From an uncultured virus (IMG/VR IMGVR_UViG_3300035497_000625) (taxonomy: Duplodnaviria > Heunggongvirae > Uroviricota > Caudoviricetes): DNA of 64,000 nt. The notes beneath the pieces are model-generated. The model was not told where the DNA came from, made no database searches, and saw only the letters and a list, made by a program, of their open reading frames with translations. Location of the stretch: the IMG/VR virus record IMGVR_UViG_3300035497_000625. One strand, 5' to 3'. Position 1 is the stretch's first letter; every line of letters starts with the position of its first letter. Position numbers and translations under genes: made by a program. This document shows positions 10,807 through 20,667 of the stretch, in pieces.

Positions 10807-11355
10807 ATGATAGGTATTTATATGATTGAAAATATTCGTGACAATAAGAAGTACATTGGAAAATCACTTGATATATCTCGCCGCTGGGGAGAACATATAG
10901 AACAAGGTCGTTATGCGACTTCAGTTGAAGATGAGCTTCATTATGAACTATATGAGCATCCTTATAGGTTTAGATTCCAAATTTTAGAGGAATGTAAAGA
11001 AGATGAATTAAACGAAAGAGAAGCTTATTATATTAATCTTTATAATTCAATTGAAAAAGGTTATAATAAAATCAATGCTTCTATTGATTCATATCAAGAG
11101 AAAGAAGATAAAGAGCCAACTAAAAAGGAAATTATTCAATTAATTACAAGATTATTAGAAAAACCTTTATTAAAAGAAGATAAAGAAAAGATTAGTAAGT
11201 TCTTTAATCTCAAAGGAACAAGTGGAAAACAGTTAAAATGGCCCTCTGTTAAACGTTTGATAATTTCCCAAGGCTTTGACGTAATTGAAACCAGAAGAAA
11301 AGTTAATGGAGTGCAAGTAAATTGTAGTGTTATCAGATTAAGATGGGAGGATTAA
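10807..11355 (+). CDS. Free-standing GIY-YIG endonuclease
   Basis: MIGIYMIEN...KYIGKS.DI.RRW.EH, LNERE.YYI, GYN. Confidence 0.85.
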   Translation: MIGIYMIENIRDNKKYIGKSLDISRRWGEHIEQGRYATSVEDELHYELYEHPYRFRFQILEECKEDELNEREAYYINLYNSIEKGYNKINASIDSYQEKEDKEPTKKEIIQLITRLLEKPLLKEDKEKISKFFNLKGTSGKQLKWPSVKRLIISQGFDVIETRRKVNGVQVNCSVIRLRWED

Positions 11356-11356
11356 A

Positions 11357-11893
11357 ATGAACTATTCAAAAGTGTTATATTTCGATACTGCGAATAGTCA
11401 TGGATTATCCACGACTTTATGGGTATCAGGTTGTGAACAACATTGCGAGGATTGTTTTAATTCTGAAACATGGGATTTTAATGCAGGGAAGCTATTTGAT
11501 AAATCAATAGAAGATAAGATAATAGAATCTTTAAAGAATCCTCATATAAAAAGTTTTGTATTACTCGGCGGCGATCCTTGTCATCCAAGAAATTTAGATA
11601 CAGTTACCAAATTTTGCCGCGAAATTAGAGATAATGATGATATTAAAAATCGTAAAGAACCTTTACAAATTATTGTTTATACTGGATTTATATTAGAAAA
11701 TTTTCTAAAAATTAATGGCGCTATTGATTTTTTACAATTAATTGATATAATGATAGATGGACGTTATGATAAGAGCCGCTCCACTAAAATTTTAGATTTT
11801 AGAGGTAGTACAAATCAACAAGCATATAAATTCTATGATAATGGATTAAAATGGGAAAATATAAGTAAAGAATATTTTAAGGAGGAATCATAA
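11357..11893 (+). CDS. nrdG: Anaerobic RNR activating radical-SAM protein
   Basis: SGCEQHCEDCFN (CxxxCxxC), LLGGDP, YTGF, DGRY, FRGSTNQ. Confidence 0.93.
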   Translation: MNYSKVLYFDTANSHGLSTTLWVSGCEQHCEDCFNSETWDFNAGKLFDKSIEDKIIESLKNPHIKSFVLLGGDPCHPRNLDTVTKFCREIRDNDDIKNRKEPLQIIVYTGFILENFLKINGAIDFLQLIDIMIDGRYDKSRSTKILDFRGSTNQQAYKFYDNGLKWENISKEYFKEES

Positions 11894-12066
11894 TGAAATT
11901 TAAGCAATTAAAGTGTCCTTTACAAAAGGATAATCCTGAATGTGATGAAAATTGTGATGAGTGTAAATGTGCTATTGATTTTATGAAGAAATGGAAGAAA
12001 TTTAGTGAAACAGAATTACCAATTCTTGTTGCAAATAAGAAATGGGATAATTTATTAGGATATTAA
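11893..12066 (+). CDS. Small Cys-rich hypothetical protein (57 aa)
   Basis: Below track cutoff; ATG overlaps the nrdG stop after GGAGG; MKFKQLKCPLQKDNPECDENCDECKC... Confidence 0.55.
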   Translation: MKFKQLKCPLQKDNPECDENCDECKCAIDFMKKWKKFSETELPILVANKKWDNLLGY

Positions 12067-12077
12067 GGAGGCTTCGT

Positions 12078-13175
12078 ATGCAGTGGGATTATATTGCTAC
12101 ACAAGAAAAAGAAGATGCCTATAGTGGTATTATTGAAGATTTAAATATCTTAATTCCAGATAATTTTAAAGAACTAACAAGAGATGAACAAGATAGGATT
12201 ATTAATCAAGTTATAAAAAAAATTAGGGAAATTAATATTTTCCCTATTTATTATTACAATCAAGAGGGAATTAGAAAAGAAATTTTAAGATGTATTAAAA
12301 GCAATCCAGTAATGGATTTTAATGCTGAAAATATAGATATTAGATCATATACTGGACAAGTCTTTCTTGATTTTATGTTTCCAAATTTATTTACATCTAC
12401 ACAAGGTAAAAACATGAGCCTATATGATCAATTTTATAATGAAACTTGTTTACACACAATTTTTCGTTTTGCTTTTAAACATGAAAAAATTTCTAATATG
12501 CGTAATCTTTTTATTCGTGTTGGAAGATTAAATGGTAAAATGCCAACAAATTATAATCCAATGAGAGCTAAAGCTATTTATGAATGTTTTTGTCCAAAAA
12601 ATGGTGTAATTTATGATTATTCTTGTGGTTTTGGCGCGCGAATGCTAGGAGCATTATCAAGTAAAAATAATTATACATATATAGGTGTAGAACCATGTAC
12701 TGAAACATATGATAATCTATTAAATCTAGGTTCTTATATTGAACAATGCACCAATAGAAAAAATAGTTATAAAATATATAAAGAATGTTCTGAAAATCAT
12801 ATAGAACCAAATTCGTCTGTTGATTTTATATTTTCATGCCCGCCTTTCTTTAATTTAGAGCATTATAGTACAGAAGATACTCAAAGTGAAATTAAATTTG
12901 CAAATTATGATAATTGGGTCAATAATTATGTGTATAATACTGTTAAAAATAGTTATGATATGTTAAAGACTGGAGGATATTTTGCTGTTGATATAAATAA
13001 CTATTCAGATGAGAGTAAAAATTATTATCATATTACAGAAGATTGGTTAGAACAGCTAGAAAAAGTTGGTTTTAAATTTATTAAGAAATATAAAATTGGT
13101 ACAAATGGAAAGAAGGGAAGAAAGAAACGTCAAGAAGATTATGATTTAGAATTTTTATATCTATTTCAAAAGTAA
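12078..13175 (+). CDS. SAM-dependent DNA amino-methyltransferase-like protein
   Basis: YDYSCGFGARMLG (motif I), YIGVEP, DFIFSCPPFF (motif IV-like), LKTGG. Confidence 0.8.
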   Translation: MQWDYIATQEKEDAYSGIIEDLNILIPDNFKELTRDEQDRIINQVIKKIREINIFPIYYYNQEGIRKEILRCIKSNPVMDFNAENIDIRSYTGQVFLDFMFPNLFTSTQGKNMSLYDQFYNETCLHTIFRFAFKHEKISNMRNLFIRVGRLNGKMPTNYNPMRAKAIYECFCPKNGVIYDYSCGFGARMLGALSSKNNYTYIGVEPCTETYDNLLNLGSYIEQCTNRKNSYKIYKECSENHIEPNSSVDFIFSCPPFFNLEHYSTEDTQSEIKFANYDNWVNNYVYNTVKNSYDMLKTGGYFAVDINNYSDESKNYYHITEDWLEQLEKVGFKFIKKYKIGTNGKKGRKKRQEDYDLEFLYLFQK

Positions 13176-13257
13176 CATGAAAATCAAGCTTTAATTAGCT
13201 TGATTTTTTCTTTATTTTCTGATATAATGATAATAGAAAAATAAAGGAGGAATTTAT

Positions 13258-13770
13258 ATGGAAAATATAAATCAAGAGAAAAAGAGAAAAGGTCCAAAGC
13301 CAGTAAAAAGAACGAAGAAAAACGTTATAAAGAATTTAGTTAAAGAAAATCAACGAATCCATGATTATGATAGTCCCTTTGGTGTTAAATTTTGGAATAA
13401 GATTTTAAAGGATTCAAAATATTTAGCTCATAATCATAAGGTTTTTGATAAAAATTTACCAACAATCATTGAAAGAGACTATGCATATTATAATAGATGT
13501 CTAGAAACAGAGACAGATGAAAAGAAGGTTGAAATATTAAAAAGGAAAATCTATCAACTAGAATATTTTCTTGATGATAGATGGAAAACTTTATTTGATG
13601 ATGATGCAAGATTAAAGCCCGACAAAAGAGAAATTATTTGGGCCGAGGGTAGAATCAATACATATGAAATTGAACGAGCAGAGAAAAGACGTAAATGGGA
13701 ACAAGAGCAAAAAGATAAAGGAATCGTTGTAAATTCCGCGGCGAAAAAGTATCATAAGAAAAAGAAATAA
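13258..13770 (+). CDS. Hypothetical basic protein
   Basis: AGGAGG RBS, own promoter, Lys-rich termini. Confidence 0.7.
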   Translation: MENINQEKKRKGPKPVKRTKKNVIKNLVKENQRIHDYDSPFGVKFWNKILKDSKYLAHNHKVFDKNLPTIIERDYAYYNRCLETETDEKKVEILKRKIYQLEYFLDDRWKTLFDDDARLKPDKREIIWAEGRINTYEIERAEKRRKWEQEQKDKGIVVNSAAKKYHKKKK

Positions 13771-13798
13771 TTTTGATTAAGTCAATCTCTTAATGGGA

Positions 13799-13827
13799 TT
13801 GACTTTTTCTAGTTTACATGGTATAAT
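13799..13827 (+). promoter_or_regulatory. sigmaA-type promoter driving the non-coding region
   Basis: TTGACT(13799)-17 nt-TATAAT(13822) with extended TG. Confidence 0.8.
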
Positions 13828-13833
13828 AATATT

Positions 13834-14415
13834 AGAAAAGTGAATATAGAATGCTTAACGTAAGTCGATTTAGTTCGTTGTTAAGCGGAGAGGGACGCTT
13901 AGACAGCTCTCCGTTATCAAAAAGGCTATTTAGGAATGTCGTGATGATATGCCTATCTAGTCCACGCTGTTAATCGTGTTGTGAGCGGGAAGTTCTAAAT
14001 CACACGTTATAGGAATTAATGTCAAAATCCATGACAGTTAATCGTAACTTATATCGTCAAAACGGGAACTTAAGCCGTCAACAAACGTATTGTTGTAAAA
14101 GAAGGGGAGGAACAAAGAAACCAGCTTGCCTATGGACTACCGAATAGGCGCACAACTTAAATTAACAAGGTTTTATTTTGCTGGTTTAATAAGTCTTGGC
14201 GTTTAGTATTTTAATAGTAGGTGTAAAACATAAGTCAAAAGTAAAGTTAGAGAAAAAGAGTTCAAAATCAATTTTCTCTAATTTTTGATGAGCGTAGCTC
14301 ATTAATAGGGTGAATTATAAATAAAAACAAGTGATTGAGTAACAGCTCAAATAACACTCCGAAATAATTAAATAACTCAAACCTAGGCGGCTGGAATCAA
14401 AACTAGCCGCCTTAA
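13834..14415 (+). ncRNA. Large structured ncRNA (~580 nt), ROOL-like candidate
   Basis: No ORF >=60 aa on either strand, own promoter, higher GC, more than 10 helices and a candidate pseudoknot; family assignment is inference from size and context only. Confidence 0.65.
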
Positions 14416-14566
14416 CTATTACCCAAACGAATCACAAACAAAATCTCCAGCGGGCAAAACGAAAATTAATTGACTTTGCCGCTAAAGAGTGATATAATAA
14501 ATATAGAAAATGAGGGGAGGGACACAGAGAGAAGAAAATAAACGCGAGAACTTGAGGAGGAATCAC

Positions 14567-16226
14567 ATGAGTACAGAATATAATATAGATAATATAAAGC
14601 ACCTCGATACCAGAAATGCGATGCGTCAACGTATCCAAATGTATCTTGGAACAGACGATACAGAGGGCATCTATCAAGCCCTAAAGGAAATCATTAATAA
14701 CTCGACTGATGAGGCAATCGCTGGATATGGTGATAGCATCATTCTTACACTTGATGAGACAGACGGAACGATATCATGCCGTGACTTCGGACGTGGTGTT
14801 CCTTTTGGTATCAAAGATGATAGGAATATATTGGTTGCAATTTATACTGAATCTCATACAGGTGGTAAGTTTGATAAAGGTTCTTATAAAAATAGTAGCG
14901 GATTGAACGGAATCGGAGGAACGGCAGTATGTATGTCATCTTCCAAATTTATCGTAACGAGTTACCGAAGTGGAACATCAGCGACAGCAATCTTTGAAGA
15001 AGGATTACTTAAATCCTATGAAGAAACTACAACAAAAGAAAAAGACGGAACTCTAATAACATTCCAACCAGATAAAAAAGTTTTTATTAACGCAACTGAA
15101 TCTTTTTCTTTTGATAGAATTTGTGAAGAAATAAAAAATATTGCCTATTTAAATAAAGGTATTAAATTCATAATAAAAAATCAAGATAATAGTAAATCTC
15201 AAGAATACTATTCTAAAAATGGTATTGCAGATTTCATTAAAGATGTAGCTAAAAAACCATTAATGAAAAAACCAATTATTTGTTCTGCTACTGATGGAAC
15301 AGATGAAGTTGAAGTAGCCTTTATTTGGACTGGCGGACAAGAAAAGAGTTATGTGTTTGTTAATGGACTATATTGTCCAGAGGGAGGAACTCCTGTTACT
15401 GGAGCGAAAACTGCTATTACAACACAAATTAAAAAATTAAGTGGAAAGAATTTAGAACCTGAATCGATGAGAAAGGGATTAATCTATGCGGTTAATTGTA
15501 AAGTAGCAAACCCATCATTTGCGAATCAAACAAAATCTAAAATTAATACGCCGTCTCTTAGAACTTTGACTTCTCAAGCAATGAAAGAGGGATTAGAAGA
15601 ATTTAGTAAGACTAATGATTTCTCTGTAATTATTGAAATGATGGTTAAGGTGCAACGAGCTGAAATTGCGGCTGATAAAGCAAGAGAGGCGATTTTATCA
15701 AGTAATAATGATATTCAAAAAGAATTAAAGAAAAAAGCAATACTAGTAGAAAAGCTTGCTGACTGCAGAAGACATGATGAATCCTCACAATTAATGATAT
15801 GTGAAGGAAAATCAGCAAAGGGAGCACTTGTTAAAGCGAGAGATTCTGAAACTACAGCTTGCTTTGATTTAAGAGGTAAGATTATTAATGCTTTAAAAAA
15901 TCCTGCTGATAAAGTTGCCGCAAACGAGGAAGTAAAACAATTACACGTTGCTTTTGGTTGCGGCGTGGGAGATAAATTTAATATTAAAAAATTACGTTAT
16001 GGTAAAATTGTTATAATGGCGGATATGGATAAAGATGGATATGATATAGTATGTTTAGTTTTAACATTTCTCTATTGTCATTATCCAGAATTAATTAAAG
16101 CAGGTAAAGTATATTGGGGTGTAACTCCATTATTCAAAGTTGAAAGTAAAGGTAAAAAATATTTTGCTTATAACGAAAAAGAACTAAAAGAATTACCTAA
16201 AGGTGATATAACTAGATTAAAGGGGT
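14567..16226 (+). CDS. gyrB: DNA gyrase/type IIA topoisomerase subunit B, exon 1
   Basis: GHKL motifs EIINNSTDE, DFGRGVP, HTGGKF, GLNGIG; TOPRIM EGKSA, LRGK, DMDKDG; ends ITRLKG+T; ATG 14567 follows GAGGAGG. Confidence 0.92.
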
Positions 16227-17288
16227 AAGAGATAGTCTGGCCCTAACACATCTAATCTATTTTATTAATAGAGGTTAAGAAGATAAATCTTAGCTAACGA
16301 GGGAGTCTGAACGTTCTCGTAATCCGTTTTTCTTAAAGTTAAGGCTTAGGAAAACTACTTCAAGAATAGAAGATAATCTCGTGAGTTACTCAATAGTCAC
16401 TCACGTTATATTAGGAGTGATTTTATGATAGGAATTTATAAATTTACAAATAAAATTAATGGACATAGTTATATTGGACAAAGTATTGATATTGAAAAAC
16501 GTAGAAAAACACATATACAACGAGCTTTTTGGAATGTTGAAAGTAATAAAGAATATGAAAAAACGTTCTATCGTGCTCTTCGTAAATATGGTACAGAAAA
16601 TTTTGATTTTGAAGTATTAAAAACTTGTCCACAAGAAGAATTAAACGATTGGGAAATATATTATATAAAGTTATATGATACTTATAAACATGGTTACAAT
16701 GAAGACGAAGGTGGTAATATGGTTCTTCGTATTCAAGATGGCGAAAGGCATCCACGACATAAATTATCTGAAGCTGATGTATATAATATTCGTGAAGCAT
16801 ATAATAAGCATCAGATAAAAGATGAGGTGTATGCACAATATAAAGATAAAATTGGACCAAGTGGATTTCATAAAATTTGGAATGGTGATACTTGGACAAA
16901 GGTACATATGGATGTTTTCACCAAAGAAAATATAGCTTTTCATACTTGGATGAGGAATAGCCACCCTGGAAAAGGATCTGGTCGAAGACTTAGTATAGAG
17001 GAAATACGAGAAATTCGACGTAGATCTTCATCCGAAACTTTAGATGAATTATACCAAGACTTTAAAGATAAAGTAACTAGAGAAGTGTTTAAAAGAATTT
17101 ATAATAGGAAAACCTATATTGAAATTGAGTAACTTGTATCGGCCATCCCTAAGGTTGAAATGCTGGGGAGTAGGGACGTTATTAATACACGTCTTGGTTT
17201 TAGGAAACGAAGCCAATGAGAACCGAAACGATGTGCTGTTTTTACAGTAAGAAATGGTCAGTACCATTAGAAATAATGGAGTAATACG
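16227..17288 (+). mobile_element. Group I intron in gyrB carrying a GIY-YIG homing endonuclease
   Basis: Exon ends in U pairing with GCCCU (P1); P3 CACATC/GATGTG; P7 GGCCA/TGGTC; terminal G 17288; splicing restores RLKG-LGE. Confidence 0.9.
16425..17132 (+). CDS. Intron-encoded GIY-YIG homing endonuclease
   Basis: MIGIYKFTNKING.SYIGQS, GYN, C-terminal GERHP..KLSE..V..IR DNA-binding repeats. Confidence 0.9.
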   Translation: MIGIYKFTNKINGHSYIGQSIDIEKRRKTHIQRAFWNVESNKEYEKTFYRALRKYGTENFDFEVLKTCPQEELNDWEIYYIKLYDTYKHGYNEDEGGNMVLRIQDGERHPRHKLSEADVYNIREAYNKHQIKDEVYAQYKDKIGPSGFHKIWNGDTWTKVHMDVFTKENIAFHTWMRNSHPGKGSGRRLSIEEIREIRRRSSSETLDELYQDFKDKVTREVFKRIYNRKTYIEIE

Positions 17289-17473
17289 TAGGTGAATCTC
17301 AGCCTGAAGATTTTAGACAAACAATATTCTCAAAAGATGCTAGAATGGTTCAAATTAAAATGGACGACGCTGAGCAGGCAAAATATTATTTTGACGTTCT
17401 CTTAGGAGAAGATATTGTTTCAAGAAAGGATTATGTTTTCTCTCATGCGGATTTTGAAAATTTGGAGGATTAA
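17289..17473 (+). CDS. gyrB: GyrB exon 2 (C-terminal ~60 aa)
   Basis: TA GGT GAA TCT CAG... gives LGESQPEDF...FDVLLGEDIVSRKDYV, the conserved GyrB C-terminus. Confidence 0.88.
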
Positions 17474-17538
17474 AATAAATTGACAAAAGATTTAATTTGT
17501 AGTATAATATTATTATAATAAAAAAAAGGAGAGATTCT

Positions 17539-19920
17539 ATGGCAGAAATACAATTTAATGGAAAAGAATGGGAAGTTAGTGATGCTTTACAGGCATTTTA
17601 TGTGCCTTATGCATCTTATGTTATCCAAACTCGTGCATTACCAGATGCACGAGATGGACTAAAATGCGGAGCGCGTTTTATATTATATGCTCAATATAAA
17701 GATAAGCTTACTTATAAAGACAAGAGAAGAAAAGCTGTAGCAACTGTTAATGGAGCTATGAGATATTCACCTCATGGTGACGCATCTATTTTAGGTACTG
17801 CAGTAAGATTATCTCAAGATTTTTCTTTACGTTATCCAATTATTGAAGTACAAGGTAATAATGGTTCTTATTTAAGTGGAGATGACTATAGTCAAGCCCG
17901 TTATCTTGAAATGCGTGGAAATGAAATTGCATATGAGATGACTTCTTTATTAGAAAAAGAAACTATTGACGATTGGAAATTAAATTATACAGAAGAAGAA
18001 TATTATCCAACTGTTTTACCAACAAAATTTCCTTTTAGTTTAGTTAATGGTAGTTTTGGTATTGGAGTTGCTTGTTCTAGTTCTGTACCTCCACATAATC
18101 TTAAAGATGTCGCGGTGGCGCTGGAAAAGTTAATCAATAATCCAGACATTGATTTTGAAGACATTTATTGCCCTATTGATTTTCCTACAGGTGGAATCAT
18201 TATTAATGAAGATGAAGTAAAAGAAAGTTTGAAATATGGAAATGGTAAAGCCGCATTAGTAAGAGCAAAAATAGAATATGATGATGAAAATAAGGAATTA
18301 ATCGTTACAGAAATGCCATATATGACTTTTACTAATAATGCAGTAGCTTCAATTAGTAAAGCAATAGAAGATGGATTATTATTAGGCGTAGAAAGTGTAT
18401 ATGATGGCACAGATTACTCTGGTTGTAAAATTTTTATTAAATTAACAAGAAATGCTAATGTTGAAAAGGTAACTCGTTTATTATATAAACATACAATTCT
18501 TCAAAATTCATATTCTATTAATATGAATATGCTAGATAATGGTAAAATTCCTAAACTTTTTACATGGAAAGAAAGTATGGAGGCATATTTACAACATTTA
18601 AAAACTATAATTATAAAAGCATATCAATATGACTTATCTAAATTATTAGACAGAATCCATATTTTAGAAGGATTAATTGTTGCATTTCATAACATAGAAG
18701 ATTTAGTAAAAGATATTAGAAGTTCAAAAAACACAGAATCTGCCAAACAATTAATTATGAAAAATTATGATTTATCTGAAAAACAAGCAGAAGCAATATT
18801 AAAGATGAGATTATCGAGTTTAACTCATTTGGAAATCGAAAAATTAGAAAATGAAAGAAATCAAAAACAAGAAACTGCAGATCGTATTCAATTGATTTTA
18901 GAATCAGAAGAAAAGATTAAAGAAGAAATGATTAAAGAAATTCAAACAATGGCAGAAAAATATGGAGATAAGCGCCGTACTAAATGTATTAATCTTGATT
19001 TCACTTCAGAAGACGAAGATGCAGAACCAATAGAAAAGAAAGAACTACTAATCCACTATACAAATCTCAATAACATCTATACACAAGAAAGCTCTACTCT
19101 ATTAACTCAAAAGCGTGGCGGAAAAGGAGCTAAAATTAAACTTGCTAAAGGAGAAACCATAATTGAGACATTGGCTGACGATAATTTTTCTAGTTTAATG
19201 GTATTCACAACATTAGGTAGAATGTTTGTTACAAATACCAGTGAATTACCAGTAAATAGTAAAATTAATTTAAAATCTTTATTTGATTTTGAAGATAATG
19301 AAGAAATTGCTACAATCACAACATATGAAAAGAAAGACGCGGCGAAATATTTTGTCTTTTTAACTAAGAATGGTATGATTAAGAAAACATTAAGTAGAGA
19401 ATATACTTTAAGAAAAGGACGTTCTTTAAAAGCAATTAATTTAAAAGATGGAGATAGTGTTGTAAATGTTCTATTTGTAAACGATGAAAACGTTGGAATT
19501 TTAACGCGACAAGGCAACTTTATAATTATCGAAACAACTGACATTACTGCTATTGGTAGAGCTACAGCTGGAGTTAAGGCAATTAAATTATTAAATGATG
19601 AAGTAATTGATGCAAAAATTGTAGCAAAGAATACAAAATCAATAGTAAGTGTAACTAAAAATGGCTTGATTAAGAAATCTTCTATTGATGAGTTTGGAAT
19701 TTGTAATCGTGGAATTAAGGGTAATAAAATTCAAAAAATTAATGAAAATGATAATGTTGTACAATTTAAACCAATAGGAAATGATGAGGAGATAATTGTA
19801 ATTTCAAATAATAATATTCTAAAATTTAATAGCGGCGATATTCGAGAGAGTAATCGTATGACTCTTGGTGTTAAAGCTATGGAATTAAAAGATAACGAGT
19901 ACGTAGTAGGGATTATATAA
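17539..19920 (+). CDS. gyrA: DNA gyrase subunit A
   Basis: RALPDARDGLK, SPHGD, catalytic ARY, DFPTGG, GyrA-box-like QKRGGKG, beta-pinwheel repeats. Confidence 0.93.
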   Translation: MAEIQFNGKEWEVSDALQAFYVPYASYVIQTRALPDARDGLKCGARFILYAQYKDKLTYKDKRRKAVATVNGAMRYSPHGDASILGTAVRLSQDFSLRYPIIEVQGNNGSYLSGDDYSQARYLEMRGNEIAYEMTSLLEKETIDDWKLNYTEEEYYPTVLPTKFPFSLVNGSFGIGVACSSSVPPHNLKDVAVALEKLINNPDIDFEDIYCPIDFPTGGIIINEDEVKESLKYGNGKAALVRAKIEYDDENKELIVTEMPYMTFTNNAVASISKAIEDGLLLGVESVYDGTDYSGCKIFIKLTRNANVEKVTRLLYKHTILQNSYSINMNMLDNGKIPKLFTWKESMEAYLQHLKTIIIKAYQYDLSKLLDRIHILEGLIVAFHNIEDLVKDIRSSKNTESAKQLIMKNYDLSEKQAEAILKMRLSSLTHLEIEKLENERNQKQETADRIQLILESEEKIKEEMIKEIQTMAEKYGDKRRTKCINLDFTSEDEDAEPIEKKELLIHYTNLNNIYTQESSTLLTQKRGGKGAKIKLAKGETIIETLADDNFSSLMVFTTLGRMFVTNTSELPVNSKINLKSLFDFEDNEEIATITTYEKKDAAKYFVFLTKNGMIKKTLSREYTLRKGRSLKAINLKDGDSVVNVLFVNDENVGILTRQGNFIIIETTDITAIGRATAGVKAIKLLNDEVIDAKIVAKNTKSIVSVTKNGLIKKSSIDEFGICNRGIKGNKIQKINENDNVVQFKPIGNDEEIIVISNNNILKFNSGDIRESNRMTLGVKAMELKDNEYVVGII

Positions 19921-19930
19921 TCCCTACTTT
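19904..19930 (+). terminator. Intrinsic terminator after gyrA
   Basis: GTAGGGATTA-TA-TAATCCCTAC followed by TTTT. Confidence 0.6.
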
Positions 19931-19989
19931 ATACCTATTGATATTTTTATTAGCCTATAGTATAATATTTATAGTGAGGTGAGATAAGG

Positions 19990-20379
19990 ATGGAACTTCA
20001 AGAAAAAATAGAATTAGTAAAAGAAAATGAAAAACCAATTCTTGCGGCAGTAGAAACTGCTATAGATAAATTACAAGAAGTTGTAGATATGCTTGATAAA
20101 GAGAAAGAGGGTAAAGTCACTTTAGATATAAAAGATGAAGATCGACCTTTTTATGAATCTTATAGATCAAGTGTAGATACATATGAAAAGTTAAGACGTA
20201 AGATTTTAGATCATGAAGAGTTAACAATGTTTGACGTTAATTTAATTGCAACTTGTTTACATCTTGCGGCGGCTCGTATGGAAGCTCAATATCGTTATAT
20301 GAAAGAAGCTTCTGTAACAGTACAAGAATTAGCTAAAAAGTTACAAACGCCAATACAACGCGACATTGATGCTAATTGA
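19990..20379 (+). CDS. Hypothetical coiled-coil protein
   Basis: GAGGTG RBS and own promoter. Confidence 0.7.
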   Translation: MELQEKIELVKENEKPILAAVETAIDKLQEVVDMLDKEKEGKVTLDIKDEDRPFYESYRSSVDTYEKLRRKILDHEELTMFDVNLIATCLHLAAARMEAQYRYMKEASVTVQELAKKLQTPIQRDIDAN

Positions 20380-20591
20380 CTTTAGTTGTAGGTTATGATA
20401 TAATAATTATAGAAAATCAAACAAGAAATATTAAATGATTTTCTTAATACCATTGAAAAGTTCATATAGTTGACTTTAATCAAAAGTTATGGTATAATAA
20501 TTATAGTGATTGAGAAAAGAAAAAGAAAAAAAATTTTTTAAAGGCATTAAGCTTTAAAGATATTGAAAAATTCTTAATCCTATGATATAAT
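20376..20591 (+). promoter_or_regulatory. Three tandem sigmaA-type promoters
   Basis: TTGACT 20376, TTGACT 20470, TTGAAA 20563, each 17 nt from a TG-extended TATAAT. Confidence 0.75.
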
Positions 20592-20667
20592 ATTTAAGTA
20601 AGTTAAATAGCAAAACGAGCTATTTAAAAAATAAAATAATTTTTAATTTAAAAGGAGAGATTTAATT

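Noticed and set aside
13834..14415. tmRNA, RNase P or a stranded group I intron
   Set aside because: No tRNA-like acceptor/T arm or tag ORF, no RNase P P4 consensus noticed, no flanking exons; a covariance-model search is still needed
14567..17473. gyrB, dnaB or TMP as pseudogenes, frameshifts or stop-codon recoding
   Set aside because: Each break has group I core pairings and a terminal G, and splicing restores conserved motifs in frame; other genes read normally in the standard code
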